Shown: positions 38,894-49,015 of the stretch, in pieces
Position numbering within the stretch: the first letter of the stretch is position 1
How the letters are laid out: every line of letters starts with the position of its first letter
NCBI RefSeq assembly: GCF_045037415.1
Contig: NZ_CP173440.1
Origin: Escherichia coli
GTDB lineage: Bacteria; Pseudomonadota; Gammaproteobacteria; Enterobacterales; Enterobacteriaceae
Strand: one strand, 5' to 3'
DNA: 64,000 nt
The notes under the pieces: model-generated
What the model was told of the DNA's origin: nothing
Databases searched by the model: none
The model's input: the letters and a program-made list of their open reading frames with translations, nothing else
Made by a program: the position numbers and the translations under genes

Positions 38894-39235
38894 TTAAATA
38901 TCGTCGTCAGGAAACTCTTGCTGGATGGCATGGACCAGTTCAACCTTATGCTCACGAGTTAAATCACCCCATGCAACTTTAGCCAGTGGCGCTTCGCCAT
39001 CAGTTGTTGCTTCAATATATGACCATAATTTTCTGTAAAGTTCTTGCCCCACCCCATCGAGACATTCAGCTACTTCATCCACTGTCCAGTGGTTCAGAAG
39101 TTCTGGCATAGCTATGTCATTACCAGGGCAATCGTCTGAAGAACAAAGGTCTGCGTCATGATAAATGCGACCGCAATGAACGCACTCAAAATTTGATAGA
39201 GGAATTTTTGGTACAGATACATTACTCATGATCAT
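38894..39235 (-). CDS. hypothetical Cys-rich acidic protein
   Basis: 113-aa ORF; CVHCGR...CSSDDCPG. Confidence 0.55.
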   Translation of the reverse strand: MIMSNVSVPKIPLSNFECVHCGRIYHDADLCSSDDCPGNDIAMPELLNHWTVDEVAECLDGVGQELYRKLWSYIEATTDGEAPLAKVAWGDLTREHKVELVHAIQQEFPDDDI

Positions 39236-39312
39236 ATCTCCAATATTAAGTTTCCTGCTTTATAAAATACAATGACGTCAGAACCCGGATACTACCAGTG
39301 CGGTGATATCCG

Positions 39313-39528
39313 TCATGTTCGCCCCCGTTTCAATGCCTTGTGAATTTGCTGCATCTGCCGCAACGTACTTGCATGACCCTGCCTCGGATGACATCCGCTA
39401 AACTTGGTATGTTCGCGGTCGTAGTCGTTAATTAAATCTTCCATTGCGGTGATGGCCAACTCGATTGCACTAGCAGCAGCTCGTAACTTTGCTCTTCTAT
39501 ATTCTTTTACAACGGTGGAATCATTCAT
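39313..39528 (-). CDS. hypothetical protein
   Basis: 71-aa ORF. Confidence 0.45.
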   Translation of the reverse strand: MNDSTVVKEYRRAKLRAAASAIELAITAMEDLINDYDREHTKFSGCHPRQGHASTLRQMQQIHKALKRGRT

Positions 39529-39776
39529 GAGCGATTGTCTCGGTTAATATCCTTTTTCTTTAAACCCAGGATACTACTTTGGAACTCATGTGCAAGCCCC
39601 TATTTGCAGGTTCCAGGAAAGCAAATAAGGAATGTCCATAAACACTGGGAAATAATGAGCGAAGAATAATATAGTTTCGCGATCAGTATGATGACTACAA
39701 AAAGGTGAGTATGAAGATCTTCATTATCGACGAATACCTCCCCGCTTATGCGGGGTTCTCTCTAACAGAGAGTAGG

Positions 39777-39787
39777 AAAGTAACTTT
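39777..39787. promoter_or_regulatory. palindromic motif copy
   Basis: Exact AAAGTAACTTT next to hairpin CCCCGCTTATGCGGGG (39741-56). Confidence 0.5.
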
Positions 39788-39807
39788 CTATCTGACTGCC
39801 TGTGACA

Positions 39808-40221
39808 TCATTCATCCTTTATGACAGCCCGGCACGCTTCTCGCAGTACCCACTCAACGGCATCTTTATAAGCTCCCGTTTCTACTGGCGGATTTTCACG
39901 CTTAACCTGCTCATAAAATGCTACAGCTTGTATCAATGCATCCGGCACTAGCTTTGCGTGCCGATAGAGCGGTATATCCCCTGTCTCTGAGTTCTGCTTT
40001 CCCCAAATCAGAGAGGTTTCTCGGCCCATGGCAATATGATGAAGGTTTCGTTCGTCTGTAAACACTACCGGCTCGCCGTCCATTGCGGTCAGCGCCATGC
40101 GGGCCACTCTCTTAAGAATCTCGATGTCGGCGAGCCCAAGTGTATAACCAGCTTTTAGATCAAATACAGCCTGAATATTTTCGTCTCTACTCATGCATCC
40201 GCCTAAAAAATCTAAGTCCAA
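39808..40221 (-). CDS. hypothetical protein
   Basis: 137-aa ORF; alternative start at 40194. Confidence 0.55.
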   Translation of the reverse strand: MDLDFLGGCMSRDENIQAVFDLKAGYTLGLADIEILKRVARMALTAMDGEPVVFTDERNLHHIAMGRETSLIWGKQNSETGDIPLYRHAKLVPDALIQAVAFYEQVKRENPPVETGAYKDAVEWVLREACRAVIKDE

Positions 40222-40286
40222 GTGATTCCAGCAGGGGGAGAACCTGTTTTTTGTTATAAACCGGATAATAGTGGTTAGCTGCCTAC

Positions 40287-40610
40287 TTATTTATAACTTC
40301 CGTACCACCACCCGTCCCCGCCATCAGTCAGGGATATTCGGCACTTTCCCACTGCATTAAATACGCTAACCGAGCAACTGAATATGCCCTGTCTTTGAGT
40401 TACCGTCACTCCGTTCTCGTACTCGCCAAGACGGATAGTTTTATTATCCTCATCAATCTGAATGTCTATTTTAGTTCCGCGCAGTCCAGTGTCCTTAGTA
40501 ATAAGCCCACCAGTAGCACCAGATTTTGTCTTTCTAAACGAAACGAACTTAGAACCTGGCACTCTTCCGCTACGCTTTGGTATTGTTCCCAGTTGAGATA
40601 TGAATGCCAT
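40287..40610 (-). CDS. hypothetical protein
   Basis: 107-aa ORF, abutting the upstream stop. Confidence 0.55.
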   Translation of the reverse strand: MAFISQLGTIPKRSGRVPGSKFVSFRKTKSGATGGLITKDTGLRGTKIDIQIDEDNKTIRLGEYENGVTVTQRQGIFSCSVSVFNAVGKCRISLTDGGDGWWYGSYK

Positions 40611-41255
40611 CTATTCAACCTCCATCTTGATGCCAGCGGCGGCCAGCAAAACGGCCTCTACTACCTCCATGGACGGTGTACCCTCCCAACATTCGCATTG
40701 GTCATCGTACCCTATTGCGTTCTGAACTTTGCTGATAAATTCTGGATCAATTTTCCAACCCGGGTCAGAATCTTTAGGTTTCGGCAGCTGCACGGTGCGG
40801 GACTCCAGCTCTGCAATCTTTCGCTGCTGATTTAATAGCGTTCGCTGGGCTATGAATAACTGGCCTCGTGCCAGTTCATTCTCGGTTTGCGTGTTCTTCA
40901 GCGCCTCCAGAACGTAACCATCTGGTAATTCCGATGAGATGCCAGTCAGCATGCGGATAATGGCGGAACCGCGTGCGGCATATTCAGTAATGGATACGTC
41001 AGAGCCAGTGTCGACATCAGCGATCTCAAAACGTAAATCTACTGTGTCGCTATCAATATCAGTTGCCTCAAAGCTACCGATAAGCTCTAATACAGCGGCA
41101 ACATGCTCGACCTCATCCGCCACTACCGGCTTGCTACTCATCGCGGCCAGCGCCAGCTTGAAAGCAGCCAATGTGTTGCTGTCAGTGATGCCAGCGCCTT
41201 CAATTGCTGAAATTTGATGCTGTAACCACTCTCTGCTTAAGGTTTCTGTTGTCAT
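40611..41255 (-). CDS. hypothetical protein
   Basis: 214-aa ORF; start overlaps the upstream stop. Confidence 0.6.
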   Translation of the reverse strand: MTTETLSREWLQHQISAIEGAGITDSNTLAAFKLALAAMSSKPVVADEVEHVAAVLELIGSFEATDIDSDTVDLRFEIADVDTGSDVSITEYAARGSAIIRMLTGISSELPDGYVLEALKNTQTENELARGQLFIAQRTLLNQQRKIAELESRTVQLPKPKDSDPGWKIDPEFISKVQNAIGYDDQCECWEGTPSMEVVEAVLLAAAGIKMEVE

Positions 41256-41479
41256 GATTTAGCCCTCACCCATCCCTTAGTTGTGCTGCGGATTACACCA
41301 GCTTTACGTAGCGCCTGGAGTCGGCGATCGAGAATGCGAAAAGGTTCAGGTTTATTCTCCTCCGTTGCAAGTCGGATACATTCTTCTGCAACATCTTTGA
41401 CGTACAGACTGGAAAATGGCGTTGGATGCCCGCTAATTTTAGTCAGTATTTTTGAGTCAAGCTCGTTATATTTTGTCAT
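41252..41479 (-). CDS. hypothetical protein (winged-helix-like)
   Basis: MTKYNELDSKILTKISGHP... start chosen. Confidence 0.5.
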   Translation of the reverse strand: MTKYNELDSKILTKISGHPTPFSSLYVKDVAEECIRLATEENKPEPFRILDRRLQALRKAGVIRSTTKGWVRAKS

Positions 41480-41744
41480 TGTCAGATTTCTCATGTTTTA
41501 AATTGTCTATGCAGAACTGAGTAAGAACTCTGGCCTTCTCACCAGTAATTCTATACCGGTATGGATTTCCAAAGGTGTCAATCGTGTCGCCGAGTGCGTA
41601 CCAGTCGTCAGTGTAGGGGCACGATTCGAATTTTCGTCCATCCCCACCAGTGACATAACGATGACGACGTGTGATCCCCCTGCGTGTGCAACTCCCGCCC
41701 TGCCAGCATGTCGCACCAGTTGGGTAAAAATCGCGCTTAGCCAT
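41466..41744 (-). CDS. hypothetical protein
   Basis: 92-aa ORF. Confidence 0.5.
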   Translation of the reverse strand: MAKRDFYPTGATCWQGGSCTRRGITRRHRYVTGGDGRKFESCPYTDDWYALGDTIDTFGNPYRYRITGEKARVLTQFCIDNLKHEKSDNDKI

Positions 41745-41956
41745 TACTCATCTCCATCGAAGGGTCTGACTCTCCGGATGCGAGTTGCGGTTACGACCGC
41801 ACTCATTACTGAATTAGCCTTCTTCTTTGCCCCCACCATATTTAAAATATATTGGGAAAAATCCGTGCGAATTGAGTGACGGGTGTGGGGTACTCGCTGA
41901 GTTGCTTTAGCTGAGACAAAGCACCGTTTATTTCTGACTGTGTCAGTTCGGTGAAA

Positions 41957-42145
41957 TCAGTCATCTCTGCTCTCTGCGATAATTTCTGAAATCAAACGTT
42001 CCACGACCCAATGGTTTATATTCTGAACTGATGGAAAACGCTTATATCTTCCGCCTCTGCCATTTCTTTGCCCGCGCTGAGCATTCAATCGCCGGAGTAC
42101 GCCATTGTTGATTTTGGGTGGCAGTGCGGTGATATCAGTTTTCAT
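41957..42145 (-). CDS. hypothetical protein
   Basis: 62-aa basic ORF; start overlaps the upstream stop. Confidence 0.4.
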   Translation of the reverse strand: MKTDITALPPKINNGVLRRLNAQRGQRNGRGGRYKRFPSVQNINHWVVERLISEIIAESRDD

Positions 42146-42639
42146 ACTATACCACCTTTGACGCGGGCGATGGCTTCACGCGCAGCCCATACAGCATGTT
42201 TGTCAGGAATAACTACTCCGCTTTGCTTTCCATCCCGGTCACGTTCTCCAGTGTCACAAGCAGCAGAAAGTGCTTCAAGGGCTGTCAATAATTCATCACG
42301 CTGTCCTGCTACTTTCAAATACTCAGTCGCGGCGGTAGCCATTTCGGCTTTATGCTTCTTGTAAGCCTCATAGGCATGCCAGGACTGGCCTTTGCGCACG
42401 CTGGTGGTTATGTCTGCTACCTGGTCTGGCGTAAGCGTGGTCAATGGCTGTGCCGGGTAAATCAACACCTGACCGGCACTCCAGTCGAACCCGGCCTCGA
42501 TGGACTCGACTTCTACTGATGGAGTAACTCCGACACTTCCCGGAGAGTGGATGATGATCGTGACTTCAGGATCGCGGCGCTGGTTGATTTTGTTTGCCCA
42601 TATGGCAGTTATCAGCTCAAAGAATCTGGAAAATTTCAT
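42142..42639 (-). CDS. hypothetical protein
   Basis: MKFSRFFEL start after a GAGGAAG SD. Confidence 0.55.
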   Translation of the reverse strand: MKFSRFFELITAIWANKINQRRDPEVTIIIHSPGSVGVTPSVEVESIEAGFDWSAGQVLIYPAQPLTTLTPDQVADITTSVRKGQSWHAYEAYKKHKAEMATAATEYLKVAGQRDELLTALEALSAACDTGERDRDGKQSGVVIPDKHAVWAAREAIARVKGGIV

Positions 42640-42731
42640 ACAACGCTTCCTCAAAAGAACTTCACACTAGATTTGCAGAAATTTGCAGGCTATGTCCGGC
42701 AAGAAGTGGATGTAGTTTTATGACAGACAAA

Positions 42732-42950
42732 TTAACTTACCTGGCCGGACTTTTTGTCTGCTTTCATTTTGTGATATACAGCCCAGCTCAAAGCATCCAG
42801 TTTTTTCAACCCAGCCTTGTCATAAAGGAAGATCCCATTATTACAGGCGTGTTCTTCTTCAACTTTCTTTTTTAGTTGTTCTAACTGGTCATATGTGAGC
42901 GTCGAAAGCTTTATCCGGTTCCAGCCAAAATTACGAATGTGAGTGGCCAT
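42732..42950 (-). CDS. hypothetical protein
   Basis: 72-aa ORF. Confidence 0.5.
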   Translation of the reverse strand: MATHIRNFGWNRIKLSTLTYDQLEQLKKKVEEEHACNNGIFLYDKAGLKKLDALSWAVYHKMKADKKSGQVS

Positions 42951-43115
42951 TTATTAGCCTCCGTTACCCAGTAAATTTTATTCGCATTAATCACCAGGAT
43001 AGCAACTTAGAACTCCCAGTCAACCCCTCTAAACACCCTATTTGTCATTAATTCATAATCACTGGAGCACTTAGCAGCAATGTAATAAAGCATGACATTA
43101 ATTACGTGATTATGT

Positions 43116-43388
43116 TTACTTTGATTGTAATGATGGATCCTTATAATCAATAGATGCAGATACGTTAGAAAAGAACGCCTCCCGGGTGTGGCTGTTAAGT
43201 GCACGAGCGAAGGTTGCATTAAGCACCTCGGCATCACTGCCATCAGTAATATAAAGTGCGATTTTTGTAGCAAGCCGTGCCTTGGCTTCTTTTAACTTCA
43301 TATCACGACAGGCACGGGGAATATATTCCGCAATCTGGGCAATAGACTTTTCAGTTTGGTTAAACATTAAAACTCCCTCGGCATTCAT
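43116..43388 (-). CDS. hypothetical protein
   Basis: 90-aa ORF. Confidence 0.5.
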   Translation of the reverse strand: MNAEGVLMFNQTEKSIAQIAEYIPRACRDMKLKEAKARLATKIALYITDGSDAEVLNATFARALNSHTREAFFSNVSASIDYKDPSLQSK

Positions 43389-43468
43389 GATATTAACAAT
43401 GTCATTTCAAAAAAAATGCGTCCCGCTTAATAGCGTTATTGAACCCGCACACAGTTATAAAAAGGTAA

Positions 43469-43479
43469 AAAGTTACTTT
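43469..43479. promoter_or_regulatory. palindromic motif copy
   Basis: Exact AAAGTTACTTT, 81 nt upstream of 43388. Confidence 0.5.
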
Positions 43480-43487
43480 CCAGGTAG

Positions 43488-43811
43488 TCAGACGTTCCGG
43501 CGGTTATACGTCACTTTCCAGTCGTGATAATCTTTCCCGTCATTAAGAGGGCTAAGTTTGACGACATTTTCCGCCAGTCCATTCATCATCAGCACGCGCT
43601 CAATGTCAGAAAACCAGTCTTCCTCAGAGCTCAACGGGAACCAGAGATTATGATTAGCGCCACTTAGTAGCTCATCATTACAGAAATGAATCCCTCTGCC
43701 ATATTTTGTCACACAGCCGGTGACAATCACTTCATGTCGAACGTCATTGTCGGTTGCAGGAACATCTTGCTGTACAGAACTATTTCCGTTTTCTATGCCC
43801 ATTTGCGACAC
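43488..43811 (-). CDS. hypothetical protein
   Basis: 107-aa ORF. Confidence 0.55.
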   Translation of the reverse strand: MSQMGIENGNSSVQQDVPATDNDVRHEVIVTGCVTKYGRGIHFCNDELLSGANHNLWFPLSSEEDWFSDIERVLMMNGLAENVVKLSPLNDGKDYHDWKVTYNRRNV

Positions 43812-43882
43812 CTTGATTTTCTGTTTAACGTTTTATATATAGCCCCCGCCACGACAGGTTGTTAGGTCCTGGTAAAGAATTG

Positions 43883-44203
43883 TTACCAGTCCCACGCAAT
43901 AAGTTCATCCACAATATCTGCGTCACGATCAAAGTGAACACATTCGAACCCTGCGTTAAGTACTTTTTCGATATTTTCGATTGTAGGCCAGGATATACCA
44001 TCATCACGTAAATGTTGTTTCCATTCCTGATTATCACAAGTTATCCGAATAATGTAACCATATTCATTTGCGTGAATCCAGTTACGACCACTTTCAGAAC
44101 GAGGATTATAACTGGCTTCAGTTAATAACACTGCATCATCTTTAGAAATGTGAGCTGTGCTGATAACAGCGGTGGTATAGCGTTCTTTAATTTCAATAGC
44201 CAT
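43883..44203 (-). CDS. hypothetical protein
   Basis: 106-aa ORF. Confidence 0.55.
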   Translation of the reverse strand: MAIEIKERYTTAVISTAHISKDDAVLLTEASYNPRSESGRNWIHANEYGYIIRITCDNQEWKQHLRDDGISWPTIENIEKVLNAGFECVHFDRDADIVDELIAWDW

Positions 44204-44256
44204 GTCATGTTACCTGTATAAATAGTAGTGCAAGGGTATAAAGTTAGAATTAATTG

Positions 44257-45126
44257 TCATACTCTGGATGGTAAAGCATCAGGGTATCTACTGGCCACAA
44301 TCTCATTAATTTTGTCAACGAGGTCTGGACGTGTGAACGTCACATGAGCGGACCCTTTCCAGAAAGATTTAATAGTGAACCACTCACAGGTAAACACACC
44401 GTTTAACGTATAACTGTTTAAGTTGATAAAATCCCTGTACTGGCTTCCTTCCGCTATCCGTGAATCTGGAACGTTTTTATTGTCGATAAGGCAGAAAGCA
44501 CGGGCGAGATCATTAATCCAGTTCTGTGCATTAGTCCTGACCGAAGCGTATCGGTTTCGCGAGATATTTATGGATAAAACACCTTCGAGGATAATTTTCT
44601 TGCCCAGACGGCAAGGATTATTTGTTTTGTAGTCCCAGGACAGCTTACGGAAAACGTCAATAATACCTGTTACAAATGTTTCGTTCTTTGAGGCATGAAG
44701 ATGCTGAAACGTACTGATGACATTGTCCAGAGTAACTTCAGGGCATTCTTCACTGTATACCTGGTCAGTCCATTTATCATGTTGCTCACTACTCATAAAC
44801 GTAAACATCCCTGTCTGGGTCATCAGGCGCGTCCAGATACTGCTATCAACACAACGAGCCACCCTGCGGCGTAAAGCCTCTATTTCATTTTCTTTGCGGC
44901 AACGCCTACCTGACGCCACAATCTCATCCAGCCCTGAGAACCAATCCTTTTCAGCAGCAGCTGCGAACAACAATTCTGCTTCTCTGAGTTTCTCTAAACC
45001 TTCCATAAACGCCGCAATGCCAGCAGTACGTTGAGCAATGATTAAATCAATAGGTACAGAAGGAATAATATCTCCTGTGTTCTCTGATGTGTTTAATTCA
45101 TCAATCAATGTATTTTCGATGGACAT
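44257..45126 (-). CDS. hypothetical protein
   Basis: 289-aa ORF. Confidence 0.65.
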   Translation of the reverse strand: MSIENTLIDELNTSENTGDIIPSVPIDLIIAQRTAGIAAFMEGLEKLREAELLFAAAAEKDWFSGLDEIVASGRRCRKENEIEALRRRVARCVDSSIWTRLMTQTGMFTFMSSEQHDKWTDQVYSEECPEVTLDNVISTFQHLHASKNETFVTGIIDVFRKLSWDYKTNNPCRLGKKIILEGVLSINISRNRYASVRTNAQNWINDLARAFCLIDNKNVPDSRIAEGSQYRDFINLNSYTLNGVFTCEWFTIKSFWKGSAHVTFTRPDLVDKINEIVASRYPDALPSRV

Positions 45127-45233
45127 AGAAACTCCCTGAAAGAAAAGGTTAGTACGAAAAATCTTTCTTCGTTGAAACCAGGATACCTTTTTTTACCTCT
45201 TCATCAACCCCCATTTTTTAAATTTCCTTAAAA

Positions 45234-45244
45234 AAAGTTACTTT
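45234..45244. promoter_or_regulatory. palindromic motif copy
   Basis: Exact AAAGTTACTTT, 108 nt upstream of 45126. Confidence 0.5.
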
Positions 45245-45514
45245 CTCGGAGTCTGACATTCTGGATTAAAACCCTATAATTCATTATGCTCCAGTGTTTA
45301 CGCACAGGGTTTAAAAAAACAGGATCTTAAGCCAAAATCATTGAGTAATGATGAGGGGTATTAGACTGGTACGAACCGTAAATACGTAAGTTTCATGCAC
45401 CAAACATTTTCTGATTGCATTTCAGATTTTCTGTAACAGAACTAGAACGAATAGTTGAGAATGTCATGTTTAAAACAAAGCCCCGGGACTAAACCGGAGC
45501 TGCATTTAGAATTT

Positions 45515-46096
45515 TCAGATGCAAATTGCAGAGTTTAGCTGGGGAAGTCTGTCGGTTAATAAACTGTATTCGGAGAGTCTGTCTGTTTCCAAGGTATGCA
45601 AGAGCAATGTTTCCGTCCTGGACAATAAAACATTATTCTCCCATACATCATGATGTAATTTATTGACCGGTTCTCCGGTTCGATATGATTCCATCATTGG
45701 TTGTATTTTAACCGGCGCGGCGTTGTGATAAGAAGGATGGAGCCTCGGTTTAAATTCATCAAGCCCAATATTTAAGCCTATATATTGTGATATTAGATCA
45801 AAATCACAATCCAGCACTATAGTTTTAATATTGTGCTGAACAATACCGATGTCTTCTATGTACCATTTATATTGTGTTGTAAAATGACTTACTTTTTTAT
45901 CATATTCAAGAAGTAAGCCAATCATTGCTTTACGATTTTTTTGCATACCCACATTAAGCCGTTTATTAGGAAACGGTCTTCCGCATGAAAGCGCATCGCC
46001 TTTAATCTCAAACTTCAGTTCCGGGATCGTCACTGATTCAAGTCGGCATTTATTTGAAATGGTGTGGTATAGTGTTGGTACAAGATGAAGATGCAT
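45515..46096 (-). CDS. hypothetical protein
   Basis: 193-aa ORF in an AT-rich segment. Confidence 0.55.
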   Translation of the reverse strand: MHLHLVPTLYHTISNKCRLESVTIPELKFEIKGDALSCGRPFPNKRLNVGMQKNRKAMIGLLLEYDKKVSHFTTQYKWYIEDIGIVQHNIKTIVLDCDFDLISQYIGLNIGLDEFKPRLHPSYHNAAPVKIQPMMESYRTGEPVNKLHHDVWENNVLLSRTETLLLHTLETDRLSEYSLLTDRLPQLNSAICI

Positions 46097-46134
46097 GACT
46101 CCCCCCGAAAAAGATGTAGTCCCAGCAGCTTAGT

Positions 46135-46428
46135 TTATTCAGCCCAGAACGGGGTTAATGGTACGCGGTCTCCCCTGAGTAGTTGCTTTAAATTGGCCTC
46201 GTGAAAAGTCCGATAATGCTCAATGTTCGCTTCGCAAAAGGCTTCAAGTTCAAGTTCGGTCAGTCGAGGAGAATAAATCAGGAGTGAATCGGTTTCATCA
46301 TCAGCAAACTGCTCTGTTCCATCGGGATACATGAGTCGTGGAACTCCTCCAATAAGCATTTCCACCTCAGTTATAAAAGGTGTCGTATCTTGAGACTGGA
46401 AATTCAAAAAAACAGTTCTGTCACACAT
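46135..46428 (-). CDS. hypothetical protein
   Basis: 97-aa ORF. Confidence 0.5.
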   Translation of the reverse strand: MCDRTVFLNFQSQDTTPFITEVEMLIGGVPRLMYPDGTEQFADDETDSLLIYSPRLTELELEAFCEANIEHYRTFHEANLKQLLRGDRVPLTPFWAE

Positions 46429-46444
46429 TAAGATGCTCCTGCTT

Positions 46445-47026
46445 TCAAAAATAGAGTATTTTGTACTTATCTTGGCTGAACTTCACGTTCAGGAAGAGAG
46501 GTGTATAACCAGGCTCAATCGTCTTGTCATCAAATGAAATCCCCCGTGCAATGTTTTCCCTAATCTTTCTTTTAAGTAGTTTGATGAATTTTGACTTTAA
46601 AAAAGACTCTTGCGACAAATCAACCTGCGAAACTGGAATGGAATAAATTTTCTTTGAGTACCGGTAACCATCGAAATCATTATAACATAGATTTATACTA
46701 ATAAATTCCGAACGCGAACCCCTGCCTTTATTTGCTAAATCATATGCTGATTGCTTATCTGACTCTTTAATTTTAATAAATGAAGAATCATGATAGTTCT
46801 CTGGTAACACCGTAACGATACATCCTGATGTTATGTCCCTGATTAGAACGTACCATCTTTCATCCAGACGACTATAAATCAGAATGTGTTCTTTTAATAT
46901 CCCGGGCTTGGAACCCAAGTCGACATATTCCCTTTTATCGAGAATATCAGTGAGTACATGCAGAGGAAGTCGAGAACGCTGCATAAGTCTGAGTCTGGCA
47001 TGGTCGGTTATGCCTGTGTATACCAT
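46445..47026 (-). CDS. hypothetical protein
   Basis: 193-aa ORF. Confidence 0.55.
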   Translation of the reverse strand: MVYTGITDHARLRLMQRSRLPLHVLTDILDKREYVDLGSKPGILKEHILIYSRLDERWYVLIRDITSGCIVTVLPENYHDSSFIKIKESDKQSAYDLANKGRGSRSEFISINLCYNDFDGYRYSKKIYSIPVSQVDLSQESFLKSKFIKLLKRKIRENIARGISFDDKTIEPGYTPLFLNVKFSQDKYKILYF

Positions 47027-47079
47027 ATTTCCTCCTCACCTACTGTTTTATACAAATGTTAATTATTCATCCATGACTG

Positions 47080-47469
47080 TTAATCACCTCCACTGCACCC
47101 TGAATCTGAAGTGTCCGAATAACTGCAATCTCCTCCATTAATAATGGTACTATCCGATTGTACGTTGCTTGTTGATGATAAATAAATGCTATGGATAATC
47201 AGTGAGGAATCATCACTATCACTCTGTTTATACCGGTGAGTCAGAGGTTTCCCCGCTATGGATAATGATTTTTCGTTTTTATTTATGTTGCCTGGAACAA
47301 CTGGAACTTTAGGGGTAATGAAAATATACCAGCTAAATGAAAACCACCAGGAGACCAACGCGTAATAAAACAACCACGGCCAGTCGCTTAGCCAATAACC
47401 ACCGTGATAGGCCAAAAGTAAGGTACAGGCCCCTCCCAACAACACCAGTTTCCGAAACAGCATAAACAC
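47080..47469 (-). CDS. membrane protein
   Basis: 129 aa with 2-3 TM helices. Confidence 0.5.
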   Translation of the reverse strand: MFMLFRKLVLLGGACTLLLAYHGGYWLSDWPWLFYYALVSWWFSFSWYIFITPKVPVVPGNINKNEKSLSIAGKPLTHRYKQSDSDDSSLIIHSIYLSSTSNVQSDSTIINGGDCSYSDTSDSGCSGGD

Positions 47470-47475
47470 CTCTTA

Positions 47476-47492
47476 GCAAAAGTAACTTTTGC
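47476..47492. promoter_or_regulatory. palindromic motif copy GCAAAAGTAACTTTTGC
   Basis: 17-bp perfect palindrome, 7 nt upstream of start 47469, directly before the RBS. Confidence 0.6.
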
Positions 47493-47504
47493 GAGTGGGT
47501 TTTA

Positions 47505-47984
47505 TCAGTGCAGCATCAATTCCTGAGCCGTAGATTGCCCGCGATGCCCAGCATCAATAACCGCCATCATCGGCTCAGCAATACCGACTACATCCTCGTC
47601 AATACCAGCACAACGACAGACCACATCAATGATCGCCAGAAGTTCATTAAGCGTCATCGGCTCATCAATCTTCACTTGCGTAATATCTTTCTTAATAATC
47701 GCATCACGGGCAGCACTATGCCGTTTCTGGTTATATAGCCAGACTGCATGGGTATTAGGTACCTGTTCACCGGGTGCGGAATTGTCAGTGTCTGAGTCTG
47801 CTACAAAAATGCCAACCTGGTTTTCAATCCCTGCGCACTGGCAGATTGAATTTGTCAGCTCCAGAAGCTGATTCAGTGTAGGAGAACAGAGCAACTCAAT
47901 TGATGATGTTGCACGGGCCTTAATAGCGCTTGCTACAGTGTCATGATGTTTTTTGCTGTAAAACGACACGGTCATGTTACTCAT
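47505..47984 (-). CDS. hypothetical protein with internal duplication
   Basis: ...LNQLLELTNSICQCAGIENQVGIF... is repeated as ...LNELLAIIDVVCRCAGIDEDVVGIA... Confidence 0.55.
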   Translation of the reverse strand: MSNMTVSFYSKKHHDTVASAIKARATSSIELLCSPTLNQLLELTNSICQCAGIENQVGIFVADSDTDNSAPGEQVPNTHAVWLYNQKRHSAARDAIIKKDITQVKIDEPMTLNELLAIIDVVCRCAGIDEDVVGIAEPMMAVIDAGHRGQSTAQELMLH

Positions 47985-48067
47985 GGTGTTTTTCCTTCTA
48001 TGCTTTTCCGTAAATTGACTGAGTGGCCTGTATGTAGAGAGTGGAACAGGCCAGTACAGGTAATGCT

Positions 48068-48274
48068 TTACTGACCGGTAGTTTTGCCTTCCTGAGGTTC
48101 GTCTTTAGAAGACGCCCTTTTTTTCAGTCCAAAACGACCAGCAAAGTAGGCCAGCGCCAGGATGGCGTATACCTGCCAGAAAGGCCAGTCCGAAAGGAAA
48201 TAGCCCATGTGGTAGGAGAGGATCAACAGCCCGATGATGGGTACCAGTAATGCTTCCCGTTTAATGTTTTTCAT
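48068..48274 (-). CDS. small membrane protein
   Basis: 68 aa with 2 TM helices. Confidence 0.5.
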   Translation of the reverse strand: MKNIKREALLVPIIGLLILSYHMGYFLSDWPFWQVYAILALAYFAGRFGLKKRASSKDEPQEGKTTGQ

Positions 48275-48284
48275 TTCTACCTCA

Positions 48285-48295
48285 AAAGTGACTTT
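48285..48295. promoter_or_regulatory. palindromic motif copy (centre G)
   Basis: AAAGTGACTTT, 11 nt upstream of start 48274. Confidence 0.5.
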
Positions 48296-48351
48296 TATTG
48301 GTTAATTTGTGCCTGTGGCATAGTAATGACACTATTCTTTACTTCTCTCTC

Positions 48352-48882
48352 CTAGTCGCAGTTCACCCCCACTACAAAAAGGACCAGCCCAGTGGTGACA
48401 TTAAGGCTTCTGAGATCGGTCTGTTCTGTGGTTAAGGCCCTGAGATTGGCGTCAGTCGCATCCAAGGGGTATAGCGCCTGTGTCAACAGGAGAGCATTTT
48501 CATCCGAGCAGGTTAAACCGAGAGAAATAACGTATGACTGATAATTCAGCCGTACCCGCTTCTGTTCCTCGTCGCCCGCGCAGTTAAAATAATCGAGCGA
48601 GCGTGGCTCAAATGCCTCATCTGCAATGCTCTCCAGCACCCCATGTTTTTGAGGCATGATCTGCAATGGTAATACCGCTGCCGGGAACTGGTTACAACTG
48701 TGGCCTCCGCATTGTTCTTCGCCAAGGAACCAGTCCTGGGAAGGTGACTCCGGAACTATCTTCGTTGAAGCCAGCACCAAAGCAGGGTATTGATCGTCAT
48801 GACAGAACCAGGGGGCAAAATGCTTCTCCGAAATATCGGATATATTTCTTCCATACAGAATCGGTGGAATAGAGGATTTCAT
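48352..48882 (-). CDS. hypothetical protein
   Basis: 176-aa ORF. Confidence 0.55.
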   Translation of the reverse strand: MKSSIPPILYGRNISDISEKHFAPWFCHDDQYPALVLASTKIVPESPSQDWFLGEEQCGGHSCNQFPAAVLPLQIMPQKHGVLESIADEAFEPRSLDYFNCAGDEEQKRVRLNYQSYVISLGLTCSDENALLLTQALYPLDATDANLRALTTEQTDLRSLNVTTGLVLFVVGVNCD

Positions 48883-49015
48883 TACTCTGACCTGCCTTAA
48901 TTTTTGATTATCTTTCTAACCAGATATCTTCTGCTTGTCCGAAACATAATTCACTCTTCCATACATAACCACCATATACTTGAAGTGTATCCTGATATGC
49001 AGTGGAGATTCTGGC